Below are positions 1 to 8,850 of a stretch of 50,083 nt of DNA, piece after piece; positions within the stretch are counted from its first letter, which is position 1; the number at the start of each line of letters is the position of its first letter. The position numbers were made by a program, and so were the translations under genes. Below the pieces are notes generated by a model. The model did no database searches and was not told where the DNA came from. It worked only from the letters and a program-made list of their open reading frames with translations. This DNA is from Brevundimonas sp. UBA986 (GTDB lineage Bacteria; Pseudomonadota; Alphaproteobacteria; Caulobacterales; Caulobacteraceae), in the NCBI GenBank assembly GCA_002292165.1, contig DBBK01000259.1:1-50083 (forward strand), in the 5' to 3' direction.

Positions 1-35
1 GGGACCGCGACGCGCTTGCGTCGGGGTGGAGGGGG
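1..35. repeat. Partial Caulobacteraceae CIR-like intergenic palindromic element, cut by the window edge
   Basis: GGGACCGCGA...GGTGGAGGGG is the reverse complement of the CCCCTCCACCGCTTCGCGGTCCCC unit in the 5042-5258 element. Confidence 0.55.
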
Positions 36-137
36 CGTCCGGACTCGGCGGCCTCTACTCATCATCCCCACCCACACTCCCTCCGGCTGGTCCCCGCGAC
101 CCGCCGCCGACCCCGCGGGGCTCGGGCCGGAGGGAGC

Positions 138-172
138 AAGGGCCGCCCCGCGCAAGCGAGGCGGCCCTTTTT
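138..172 (+). terminator. Rho-independent terminator-like hairpin
   Basis: AAGGGCCGCC (138-147) pairs with GGCGGCCCTT (160-169); GCAA tetraloop; T-run 168-172. Confidence 0.7.
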
Positions 173-251
173 CCTTGGCCAGCGCCGTATCAGCCGACAC
201 CGCTCGCCAATCCGCCCGCGCCTTCGGGACCTCCTCCAAACCGGGCCTCCA

Positions 252-281
252 CAATGTCCGCTATGGGTGGGAAGCGGACTT
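252..281. repeat. Cassette-flanking imperfect hairpin repeat, copy 1
   Basis: CAATGTCCGCTATGGGTGGGAAGCGGACTT; AA(T)GTCCGCT pairs with AGCGGACTT; direct repeat of 837-866. Confidence 0.7.
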
Positions 282-311
282 AGCGCCGTGCAGGTGCAAT
301 CATCCGTTTGA

Positions 312-833
312 TCAAACGGAACGATACGCATTCAGACGGTAGGCCACTTCCGACGGCGAGCCGTGGACATACGCAAGGTCGATGGTGTGAACCCCGTCCG
401 AGCCCGTGATGATTATGGAACTTGTCACCCACGAGGGCTTTCCCGGTCGTATTTCTAACGCCTCGTCGAGTTTGAACCTCCTCCAACGAAGTTGAGAAAA
501 TATACCGAAAACGTTTCCGCATATGTAAATTGCCCCTTTGCTCGTAAGTCGGACAAAAGTTGCATAGAGTGAAACAAGAAAAAAGAACATTGCACTAGCT
601 GCACTTATGTAAAAAACGACGTTTGCGTTTGCCGCCGAATATCGCGCGCCCTTCCAATCGGACAAAGCAGGGAAAAGGACTAGGCAGCCCGCAGCGATAC
701 ATGCAGTCAAAATCCAGCTGCAGATCGCCCCCTTGTTGCTCATGCGGAACAGCCAAGTTGGTTCAGTTGGGCTTGCAGAAGACACAGGATACCCTTCTCT
801 GGCAGCGGCACAGCCTAGCCTAACAGTCATCAT
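312..833 (-). CDS. Low-GC orphan membrane protein, two predicted TM helices (alternative start at 743)
   Basis: 3' part of ORF 312..1085 (MMTVRLG... or MSNKGAICSWILTACIAAGCLVLFP...); two hydrophobic segments; AT-rich codon usage unlike the host; lies between two repeats. Confidence 0.6.
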   Translation of the reverse strand: MMTVRLGCAAAREGYPVSSASPTEPTWLFRMSNKGAICSWILTACIAAGCLVLFPALSDWKGARYSAANANVVFYISAASAMFFFLVSLYATFVRLTSKGAIYICGNVFGIFSQLRWRRFKLDEALEIRPGKPSWVTSSIIITGSDGVHTIDLAYVHGSPSEVAYRLNAYRSV

Positions 834-836
834 GGC

Positions 837-866
837 CAATGTCCGCAACGGGTCGGCCTGCGACCT
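837..866. repeat. Cassette-flanking imperfect hairpin repeat, copy 2
   Basis: CAATGTCCGCAACGGGTCGGCCTGCGACCT; 17 of the first 20 nt identical to copy 1. Confidence 0.65.
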
Positions 867-993
867 GATCCCACGCGCGTCTTCCGGACATCCCGGATTC
901 GCTCGACGCAGTGGCCCCCTCTTGAAACCGCCCGGCCGAAGCGCGACGCTCATCCCCGCTCCGGGGAGGGAGCGCCGTTTCCGAGGGGGAGAC

Positions 994-1461
994 ATGTCCA
1001 GAAGATCGCGGGCGAACACGCCCGTCGCCATCCTGCTTGCCGGTCTGGCGGGTGGGGCGGCCGATATCCTGACCGCCTTCGTCATCTATCGCCCGGCGAC
1101 GCCGGTGGTGATCCTGCAGTCCGTGGCCAGCGGCTGGCTGGGCAAGGCGTCGTTCAAGGGCGGACTTCAGGCGGCGGCGTTGGGCCTCGTGTCCCACTTC
1201 GCCATCGCCATCATTTTCGCCGGCATCTTCGTCCTCGCGGCCGGTCAGGCGCCGGTGCTGCTCAAGAAGCCGCTGGTCGCCGGCCCGGTGTTCGGCGTCT
1301 GCGTCTACGGGATCATGAACGCCATCGTCGTGCCCCTGTCCAACGCGCCCGAGCGGCACGCGCCGACCGCCGTCATGCTCGGCCTCGGCCTTCTGGCCCA
1401 CGTCCTGTTCGGCCTGGCCCTCGCCTTCACCGCCTCGCGGATGCTAGGCCCCAAGGCCTGA
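994..1461 (+). CDS. Hypothetical integral membrane protein (about 4 TM)
   Basis: GGGGGAG RBS before ATG 994; host-like codon usage; four hydrophobic helices (MSRRSRANTPVAILLAG...). Confidence 0.8.
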   Translation: MSRRSRANTPVAILLAGLAGGAADILTAFVIYRPATPVVILQSVASGWLGKASFKGGLQAAALGLVSHFAIAIIFAGIFVLAAGQAPVLLKKPLVAGPVFGVCVYGIMNAIVVPLSNAPERHAPTAVMLGLGLLAHVLFGLALAFTASRMLGPKA

Positions 1462-1487
1462 GTTTCACGCCTGCCCGGAGTTTCCCC

Positions 1488-1697
1488 ATGGCCGCCCCCA
1501 TTCAGAAGCTGGCCCAGTTCAACCTGGCCGAAACCGACGACGGCTATCTGCTGGAAATCGGCGGCGACAAGGGCGGGATGATCACCGTCGAGGCTACCGC
1601 CGAACAGCTGGACGCCATCATCGAGGCCCTCGACGCCCTCATCTCGGCCGATGACGACGCGGTCGTCGAAGACGGTGACGACGAGATCGAGGACTAG
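1488..1697 (+). CDS. Small acidic hypothetical protein
   Basis: GGAG RBS; host-like codon bias; 69 aa with a D/E-rich tail. Confidence 0.75.
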   Translation: MAAPIQKLAQFNLAETDDGYLLEIGGDKGGMITVEATAEQLDAIIEALDALISADDDAVVEDGDDEIED

Positions 1698-1747
1698 CCG
1701 CCCGCGTCCACGCCCGGCACAGTGGCCCCTCCTCCCGGAGCGCCCCC

Positions 1748-2257
1748 ATGCCTGAAGCCTCCCCTGCCGTCGCCTCCCCCGCGACCGCCGACCTGATCGA
1801 CGCCCATGAGGCGATCCTCAGCTCCTGCCCTCTGCAGTTCAGAAACCTCGGCGGCCGCGCCCGCTTTCACGGCCCGGTGCGGACGCTGAAGGTGTTTGAG
1901 GACAACGCCCTGGTGAAATCCACCCTGTCCTCGCCCGGAGAGGAGGCGGTGCTGGTGATCGATGGCGGCGGCTCCCTCAACCGGGCCCTGGTGGGCGACA
2001 TCATCGCCGGTCTGGCGGTCGACAACGGCTGGGCCGGAGTGGTGGTCAACGGCGCGATCCGTGACAGCGTCGCCATCGGCGCCCTGAACCTCGGCCTCAA
2101 GGCCCTGGGGACCAATCCGGCCAAGAGCGCCAAGACCGGCGCGGGCGAGGCAGACATCCCTGTCACTTTCGGCGGCGTCACCTTCGCCCCCGGCCAGTGG
2201 CTGTACAGCGACGAGGACGGGATCGTCGTGGCGCCCCACGCCCTGCCGCTCGACTAA
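1748..2257 (+). CDS. rraA: RraA family protein (RNase E regulator / HMG aldolase-like)
   Basis: [35 protein letters not shown] and YSDEDG motifs. Confidence 0.88.
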   Translation: MPEASPAVASPATADLIDAHEAILSSCPLQFRNLGGRARFHGPVRTLKVFEDNALVKSTLSSPGEEAVLVIDGGGSLNRALVGDIIAGLAVDNGWAGVVVNGAIRDSVAIGALNLGLKALGTNPAKSAKTGAGEADIPVTFGGVTFAPGQWLYSDEDGIVVAPHALPLD

Positions 2258-2390
2258 GGTCCGGCGCCATCGCGCAACAGGGTGATGCGTCGGCGCCAAA
2301 ACCCCTATATGACGCCCGTTCCGCCTGTTCGACGCGTGCGACCCGGCTGTATTCCGACGCCCGTGTATTCAAGACCGCCCGAGACGCCCC

Positions 2391-5039
2391 ATGACCGTGA
2401 CCCTGAAGCAGATCCGTTCGACCTACCTCGACTTCTTCGCGGCCGATGGTCACGCCAAGGTCCAGTCGGCCCCGCTGGTGCCGCAGAACGACCCGACGCT
2501 GATGTTCGTCAACGCGGGCATGGTGCCGTTCAAGGACTATTTCACCGGCGCCGCCACGCCTCCGTATCCGCGCGCCACCAGCTCGCAAAAATGCGTCCGC
2601 GCGGGCGGCAAGCACAACGATCTGGACAACGTCGGCTATACGGCGCGCCACCTGACCTTCTTCGAAATGCTCGGCAACTTCTCGTTCGGCGACTATTTCA
2701 AGGAACACGCGATCGACCGCGCCTGGAACCTGGTGACCAAGGACTTCGGTCTGGATCCCAAGCGCCTGCTGGTCACCGTCTATATCGACGACGACGAGGC
2801 CGCCGCGATCTGGAAGAAGGTCACCGGCTTCTCCGACGACAAGATCATCCGCATCGCCGGCTCCGACAACTTCTGGGCCATGGGCGACTCGGGTCCCTGC
2901 GGGCCCTGCACCGAGATCTTCTGGGACCACGGCGACAAGGTCGCCGGCGGTCCTCCCGGCTCGCCTGACGAAGACGGCGACCGGTTCGTGGAGATCTGGA
3001 ACAACGTCTTCATGCAGTTCGAGAAAGAGAACGACGAGATCGTTCGCAAACTGCCCAAGCCCTCGGTCGACACCGGCATGGGTCTGGAGCGGATGACGAC
3101 CGTGCTGCAGGGCGTGCATTCGGTGTTCGAGACCGACCTGTTCAAGACCCTGATCGCCGCCTCGGAAGAGGCGACCTCGACGAAGGCGCAGGGCGAACAG
3201 GCCGGCAGCCACCGGGTCATCGCCGACCACCTGCGCTCGTCCTCCTTCCTGATCGCCGACGGGGTGACGCCGTCGAACGAGGGCCGAGGCTACGTCCTGC
3301 GCCGGATCATGCGCCGCGCCATGCGCCACGCCCACCTGCTGGGCGCCTCGGATCCCCTGATGCACCGTCTGGTGCCGACCCTGGTGTCGGAAATGGGCGA
3401 GGCCTATCCCGAGCTCGGCCGCGCCCAGGCCTTCATCGAGGACACGCTGAAGCAGGAAGAGATCCGCTTCCGCACGACGCTGGGCCGCGGCATGGCCCTG
3501 TTCGACACTGCGGTTCAGGGCTTCCAGCCCGGCGACATGCTGGACGGCCAGACGGCCTTCACCCTGTCCGACACCTACGGCTTCCCGCTCGACCTCACCC
3601 AGGACGAGGCGCGCCGTCGCGGTTATTCGGTCAATGTCGACGGCTTCGAGGAGGCCATGGCCGAGCAGCGCGAGCGCGGCCGCGCCAACTGGAAGGGTTC
3701 GGGCCAGTCGGCCAATGCCGGCGAATGGCTGGCCCTGCGCGACCGTCTCGGGCCGACCGTCTTCACCGGCTATGACAGCGTCGACGCCTCGGGCGAGGTG
3801 CTGGCCCTGGTGCACAATGGCGAGTCCGTCGACCGCGTCGAGACCGGCCAGACGGCCGAGATCGTCTTCGACCAGACCTCCTTCTATGGCGAGGGCGGCG
3901 GTCAGGCCGGCGACCAGGGCGAGATCGAGTGGGCTGAGGGTTCGGGCACGGTTCTGGACACCCAGAAGCACGGCGGCGACCTCTATGCTCACCGCATCGA
4001 GATCACGGCGGGCACGCTGGAGATCGGGACCCGGGTCCAGCTGCGCGTCTCGCCCGAGAAGCGCCTGACGACCCGCGCCAACCACTCGGCCGCCCACCTG
4101 CTGCACGCGGCCCTGAGCCATGTGCTCGGCGCCCATGTCGCCCAGAAGGGCCAGATGGTCGACGCCGACCGGATGCGCTTCGACTTCAGCCACAACGCCC
4201 CGGTCACCGAGGCCGAGCTGGCCGCGATGGAGGACGAGGTCAATGCCGTCATCCGCCAGAACATCCCGGCCGAGACCAAGCTGATGACGCCCCAGGACGC
4301 CATCGACGCGGGCGCCGTGGCCCTGTTCGGCGAGAAATACGGCGACGAGGTCCGCGTCCTGACGCTGGGTCGTTCGCTGGTCAGCGACAACGCCCCCTAT
4401 TCGGTCGAACTGTGCGGCGGCACCCACGTCGCCCGCACCGGCGACATCGCCCTGTTCAAGATCATCTCCGAGACCGGCGTGGCCGCGGGCGTGCGCCGCA
4501 TCGAGGCCCTGACCGGCGAGGCCGCGCGTCAGTATCTGCTGGCCCAGGCCGGCGTGGCCAAGGGTCTGGCCCAGGGCTTCAAGGTCCAGCCGCTGGACGT
4601 TCCGGCGCGCGTCGAAAGCCTGCAGACCTCGGTCAAGGCGCTGGAGAAGCAGGTCGCCGACCTGAAGAAGCAGCTGGCGCTGGGCGGCGGCTCGGGCGCC
4701 TCGGCGGCTCCCGAAGAGATCAACGGGATCAAGCTGATCGCGCGCGTTCTGGACGGCGTCGACGGCAAGGGCCTGCGCGGCGTCGCCGAGGACTTCCGCA
4801 AACAGGTCGGCTCGGGCGTCGTGGCCCTGATCGGCGTCACCGACGGCAAGGCGGCGGTGACCGTCGCCGCAACCTCGGACGTGACCGATCGCGTGAACGC
4901 GGCCGAACTGGCCCGCGCGGCGGTTCTGGCGATGGGCGGTCAGGGCGCAGGCGGCAAGGCCGACTTCGCACAAGGCGGCGCGCCGGACGGCTCCAAGGCC
5001 GAGGACGGTCTGGCGGCGGTGAGAGCGGCGCTGGGTTAA
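2391..5039 (+). CDS. alaS: Alanine--tRNA ligase
   Basis: DPTLMFVNAGMVPFK, HLTFFEMLGNFSFGDYFK, DTGMGLER; editing domain NHSAAHLL and ELCGGTH; C-terminal GGKADFAQGG. Confidence 0.99.
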   Translation: MTVTLKQIRSTYLDFFAADGHAKVQSAPLVPQNDPTLMFVNAGMVPFKDYFTGAATPPYPRATSSQKCVRAGGKHNDLDNVGYTARHLTFFEMLGNFSFGDYFKEHAIDRAWNLVTKDFGLDPKRLLVTVYIDDDEAAAIWKKVTGFSDDKIIRIAGSDNFWAMGDSGPCGPCTEIFWDHGDKVAGGPPGSPDEDGDRFVEIWNNVFMQFEKENDEIVRKLPKPSVDTGMGLERMTTVLQGVHSVFETDLFKTLIAASEEATSTKAQGEQAGSHRVIADHLRSSSFLIADGVTPSNEGRGYVLRRIMRRAMRHAHLLGASDPLMHRLVPTLVSEMGEAYPELGRAQAFIEDTLKQEEIRFRTTLGRGMALFDTAVQGFQPGDMLDGQTAFTLSDTYGFPLDLTQDEARRRGYSVNVDGFEEAMAEQRERGRANWKGSGQSANAGEWLALRDRLGPTVFTGYDSVDASGEVLALVHNGESVDRVETGQTAEIVFDQTSFYGEGGGQAGDQGEIEWAEGSGTVLDTQKHGGDLYAHRIEITAGTLEIGTRVQLRVSPEKRLTTRANHSAAHLLHAALSHVLGAHVAQKGQMVDADRMRFDFSHNAPVTEAELAAMEDEVNAVIRQNIPAETKLMTPQDAIDAGAVALFGEKYGDEVRVLTLGRSLVSDNAPYSVELCGGTHVARTGDIALFKIISETGVAAGVRRIEALTGEAARQYLLAQAGVAKGLAQGFKVQPLDVPARVESLQTSVKALEKQVADLKKQLALGGGSGASAAPEEINGIKLIARVLDGVDGKGLRGVAEDFRKQVGSGVVALIGVTDGKAAVTVAATSDVTDRVNAAELARAAVLAMGGQGAGGKADFAQGGAPDGSKAEDGLAAVRAALG

Positions 5040-5041
5040 GC

Positions 5042-5258
5042 CGTCTCCTCCCCACGCCTCGCGTGGGGAGGTGGCTCGGAGCCCCTTGGCGACGAGACGG
5101 AGGGGTTTTTGACGCCCCGCCGTCGTATTTGCGTGAAGAGCCCCTCCACCGCCCACCGATCGCTGTGCGATCGGCCCCTCCACCGCTTCGCGGTCCCCCT
5201 CCCCATCAGAGATGGGGAGGATATGCGGTCCCCCTCCCCACTGGGTGGGGAGGAGACG
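5042..5258. repeat. CIR-like composite palindromic intergenic element
   Basis: 14-bp terminal inverted repeats CGTCTCCTCCCCAC (5042-5055) and GTGGGGAGGAGACG (5245-5258); internal CCTCCCC..GGGGAGG hairpins and duplicated CCCCTCCACCGC and GCGGTCCCCCTCCCCA units; between convergent genes. Confidence 0.75.
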
Positions 5259-5265
5259 TTTCGGC

Positions 5266-8200
5266 CTAGCTCACCGCCTTCACGTTGTCGTCGGACGTCC
5301 GGTCGATCCATTTGTTGTACGGATCCACCCCGGCGAAGGTCGGCTTGACCGCCGTGACGAAGCGGAAGGTCTGGACGCCCGTGTGCAGCGGGCGGCGTTC
5401 CATCACCACCACCGACCGGTCGCCGAAGCCCTTCTTGCCCGGCTCGGCCGTGAACAGACCGATGTCGATGCTTTCGTTGAGCGGGGCCTCGGTCTCGACG
5501 CCCTTGCCGCTGGCGTAGAGCTTCTTCGCCTCGACCGTCAGGGTCACGTCCCACCTGCCGTCGGCGCGACGGACCGCGCGGGTCGCCGTGGTCTTCAGGT
5601 CATAGAGGGCGACCTTCTCGAACAGGTCGGTGATCAGGGCCTGTTTGTCGGCCGGGGCGTTGGCGCGCAAGGCCTCGACCAGATCGACCGACCGGGCATA
5701 GGGCGCCGAGTGGAAGGCGTAGCGCTGCAGCAGGGACTGAAGGGCGCGGTTGACCGCATCCTCCCCGATCTGGTCGCGCAGCAGGTACATGACCATCGCC
5801 CCCTTGCGGTAGTGGATGTACTGCTGGTTCTCGACGCGCTCGAGCGGCAACTCCTCCAGACGCTCCATGCCGCGGCCGCGCAGATAGGCGTCCAGCTCGT
5901 ACTTCAGGAACCGGCGGATCTGGCTGGGGCCGTACAACTTCTCCATGACCATCAGGGCCGAATACTGGGCCAGGGTCTCGGACAGGGAGGTCGCCCCCTG
6001 CATGTCCGCGCCGACGATCTGATGCGCCCACCATTGGTGCGCGAACTCGTGCGCCCCGACGTAGGTGACATAGTCGACCTTGTTCGGATCCGAGACGTCG
6101 GCGATGAAGCCCAGGTTCTCGCTCCAGGCGAAGGTGTTCGGATAAGACTGGGCGTAGGAGCCGTAGGGGAACTCGCTGATCCGCGCCTGACGGAACTGAT
6201 AGGGCGCGAAGTGGGCGGTGTAGTAGTCCAGCGAGGCGCTGAGGGCCTGCATCATCTTGGGCACGTTTCGGCCGTGCTGGGCGTCGTAATAGACGACCAG
6301 GTCGACGCCGTTGTGGCTTTGGCGCGCGATCTGGTAGCGGGCCGACTGGATCGACAGGAAGTAGAGCACTGGCGACTCGGTCACGAAGCGCACTGTGCGG
6401 CGGCCGTCCTTCGTGACGTCCGAGCGCTGGTAGCCGGGCGCGATCGGCGTCTGGTCGGCATCGGTGGTGACGGTGATGTCGGCATTGACCCAGTCGGCGC
6501 CGATGTAGTTGCGGCGGGTGGCGGACAGGTCCTCCAGCCTGGCCGGACGCAGTTCGGGCGGCAGGCCGTATTTGCGGCGCTTGGTCCGGTCGGTCAGCAG
6601 GCCGCCGGAGCGGCTCATCCCGACGATCGGCGTGAACTCCATATTGTTCACGAAGGTGCCGTTGTCGGCGATCCGGGTCATATTGCCGTCGTTCTTGAAG
6701 CCGCGCTGCTCCATGACCGTGTCGAAGCTGACGGTGCGGCGCTCGCCCGGCTGCATCGGGGTGTCGAAGCGGTAGATGCGGTAATCGAAGTCCTTCCACT
6801 CGCGCACCATCCGCGCGCCCTGGACGGTCAGGGCCTTCATCTCCAGATCTTCGTTCCAGCGCAGGTGCATCTCGCCGAGCGGCGCGCCGGTGTTGTTCTG
6901 GATCACATAGGAACCGCGCGTTTCCAGACGCGGCGCATGGGGGTGCAGGTCGAGTTCCAGCTTCACATCGACGATGGTCGGCTGGGGCGTGGTCTCGAAG
7001 CGCAGCAGGGTCTTTTCGTACTCGGCCGAGCGCTTCTCGTCGGCGTCGGTGTTCCGGTAGGTGTTCCAGACATTGGTGTTGACGAAGATGAAGCCGCCCA
7101 GACCGATGAAGGCGATCAGGGCCAGGGCGCCGACGACGCCGGCGGGTCCCTTCAGCCGATGCGGCAGGCGCTGGAGGCGCGGCAGATAGCGGCTCTCGGT
7201 CCCGCGCCGCCACAGGCCGTAGCCCAGCACCAGCAGCAGGGTGGCGCCCATGGCCCAATAGCCGTTGGTCCACAGGGCGAATTTCCAGGCGTCGCCCAGG
7301 CCGTTCATGTCCGACAGGGGCATGCCGACGCCGGTCCCGTAGCGGTAGAGGACGTGGTCGAAGCCCATGCCCGACAGGACGATGGTGGAGATCAGATAGG
7401 CCACCATGATGGCCCAGCCGACGAACTTGTTGGGCGACAGCGACTGCACCACGATGGCCAGGACCGCGGTCATGGCGAAGCGGATGGTCCCGGGCAGGAC
7501 GTACCACAGCAGGTATTTGTCGATCTCGAAGTTGAAATAGCCCTTGAAGATCTGGATGCCGATCCCGGCGACCACGCCGACGAGCAGGATCGAGGCCAGG
7601 ACCAGGATCAGGGCCAGGGTCTTGGGCAGGAGGAAGGTCCAGTCCGGCGTCGCCGAGGCGTCGATCAGCTCGTGCATCTTGCGGTCGCGGTCGCGCCAGA
7701 CCAGTTCGCCCGAATAGTAGATGGCCACGATCATGGCGACGAAGCCGAACGAGCCCTGCAGGGCGGTGATCATCGTGCGCGTCACCGGCAGGACCGGGGT
7801 GCCGTAGATCTCGCCCGAGACAAGGGTCACGACCACGGCGAAGCCGAGGGCGAAGACCATCAGGATGCCGAAGGCGACGCTCTTGAACACCAGGCTCATT
7901 TCAAAGCCGGTGCGGGCGCGCAGACGGGTCCAGCCGCTGGCCCAGCCGTGGCTGGCGGCCGGCAGGGCGCCGGTGATCAGTTCAGGCGTCGGGGCGGCGG
8001 CGATCTTGCGCAGCTTTTCGGTCGTGCCCGCCTTGGCCCCGCGCGCGGTGGGCTGGAACAGCCCATAGGTCGCCGCCAGAATGCCGAAGCCGACCGCCGT
8101 CCAGATCAGCTTGTTCCAGAGGAAGACGCCGGTCAGGGGCAGGTTGATCGTGTTCTTCTCGGCCGGGGTCCAGTATTTGGTGGCCAGACCGTAGGCGGAG

Positions 8201-8838
8201 GAGCCGAGCGGCTCGGCCCAGGCCATGATGTGCTCATACTCCGGCTTGGAGCCCAGCACGCCCGAGGCGATCAGATAGGCGATCAGGACCCCGACCACCC
8301 CGATATAGGTCGCCATCATCGACCGGGTGACCGTCGCCAGCATGAAGAACAGGGCCGAGGTCAGGAAGAGGGCCGGCAGGCCCAGAACGGCATAGGCGTA
8401 GAGATAGTCCAGCGGGCGGAACGGCCCGATGGTCTCATGATCGATCCAGGGCGCCAGGGTTCCCGCCAACATGCCGAGGGTCACGCTGGCGAAGCACAGG
8501 GCGGTGGCCAGGAAGGCGCCGGTGAAGCGACCGTACAGATAGTCGAAGTTCGACATCCGCGTGGCCTGGACGATGGGTCCGAAACCCGACTGGACGTCGC
8601 GCACGATCACATTGGCCACGATCACCGTGGAGCCCAGCATGAAGAACAGCGCCATCGAGACGTGGATGGCCGCCAGGAAATAGGGCGCGTTCTTGAAGAC
8701 GTTGCCGCCGGCGCTGACGTTGACGTTCGGGATGGCCAGCATGCCGAAACCGAACAGGGCGAACATGATGGCGATGACCCAGAAGGCCGGCTGGCGCAGC
8801 TGGTAGCGGAATTCGAATGCGGCGACTTTCGCGAACAT
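5266..8838 (-). CDS. ABC-2 type permease / M1-family zinc aminopeptidase fusion
   Basis: N-terminal ~580 aa with two permease-like TM bundles; C-terminal soluble domain with HEFAH-x18-E (HEFAHQWW...LSE) and HYRKG. Confidence 0.92.
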   Translation of the reverse strand: MFAKVAAFEFRYQLRQPAFWVIAIMFALFGFGMLAIPNVNVSAGGNVFKNAPYFLAAIHVSMALFFMLGSTVIVANVIVRDVQSGFGPIVQATRMSNFDYLYGRFTGAFLATALCFASVTLGMLAGTLAPWIDHETIGPFRPLDYLYAYAVLGLPALFLTSALFFMLATVTRSMMATYIGVVGVLIAYLIASGVLGSKPEYEHIMAWAEPLGSSAYGLATKYWTPAEKNTINLPLTGVFLWNKLIWTAVGFGILAATYGLFQPTARGAKAGTTEKLRKIAAAPTPELITGALPAASHGWASGWTRLRARTGFEMSLVFKSVAFGILMVFALGFAVVVTLVSGEIYGTPVLPVTRTMITALQGSFGFVAMIVAIYYSGELVWRDRDRKMHELIDASATPDWTFLLPKTLALILVLASILLVGVVAGIGIQIFKGYFNFEIDKYLLWYVLPGTIRFAMTAVLAIVVQSLSPNKFVGWAIMVAYLISTIVLSGMGFDHVLYRYGTGVGMPLSDMNGLGDAWKFALWTNGYWAMGATLLLVLGYGLWRRGTESRYLPRLQRLPHRLKGPAGVVGALALIAFIGLGGFIFVNTNVWNTYRNTDADEKRSAEYEKTLLRFETTPQPTIVDVKLELDLHPHAPRLETRGSYVIQNNTGAPLGEMHLRWNEDLEMKALTVQGARMVREWKDFDYRIYRFDTPMQPGERRTVSFDTVMEQRGFKNDGNMTRIADNGTFVNNMEFTPIVGMSRSGGLLTDRTKRRKYGLPPELRPARLEDLSATRRNYIGADWVNADITVTTDADQTPIAPGYQRSDVTKDGRRTVRFVTESPVLYFLSIQSARYQIARQSHNGVDLVVYYDAQHGRNVPKMMQALSASLDYYTAHFAPYQFRQARISEFPYGSYAQSYPNTFAWSENLGFIADVSDPNKVDYVTYVGAHEFAHQWWAHQIVGADMQGATSLSETLAQYSALMVMEKLYGPSQIRRFLKYELDAYLRGRGMERLEELPLERVENQQYIHYRKGAMVMYLLRDQIGEDAVNRALQSLLQRYAFHSAPYARSVDLVEALRANAPADKQALITDLFEKVALYDLKTTATRAVRRADGRWDVTLTVEAKKLYASGKGVETEAPLNESIDIGLFTAEPGKKGFGDRSVVVMERRPLHTGVQTFRFVTAVKPTFAGVDPYNKWIDRTSDDNVKAVS

Positions 8839-8850
8839 GATGGCTCGCCC

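Noticed and set aside
120-145. CGGGCCGGAGGGAGCA resembling the SRP RNA core
   Set aside because: Does not match CAGG-CCGGAAGGAAGCAG adequately and is explained as the 3' arm of the 77-136 hairpin.
16-342. ORFs 16-342, 26-283 and 62-331 as proteins
   Set aside because: They run through repeats, hairpins and a terminator; the C-terminus MSAMGGKRT is just the translated cassette repeat.
252-866. Canonical integron attC sites or a CRISPR mini-array
   Set aside because: No RYYYAAC/GTTRRRY ends, no intI or cas gene, only two repeats and a ~555-bp interval.
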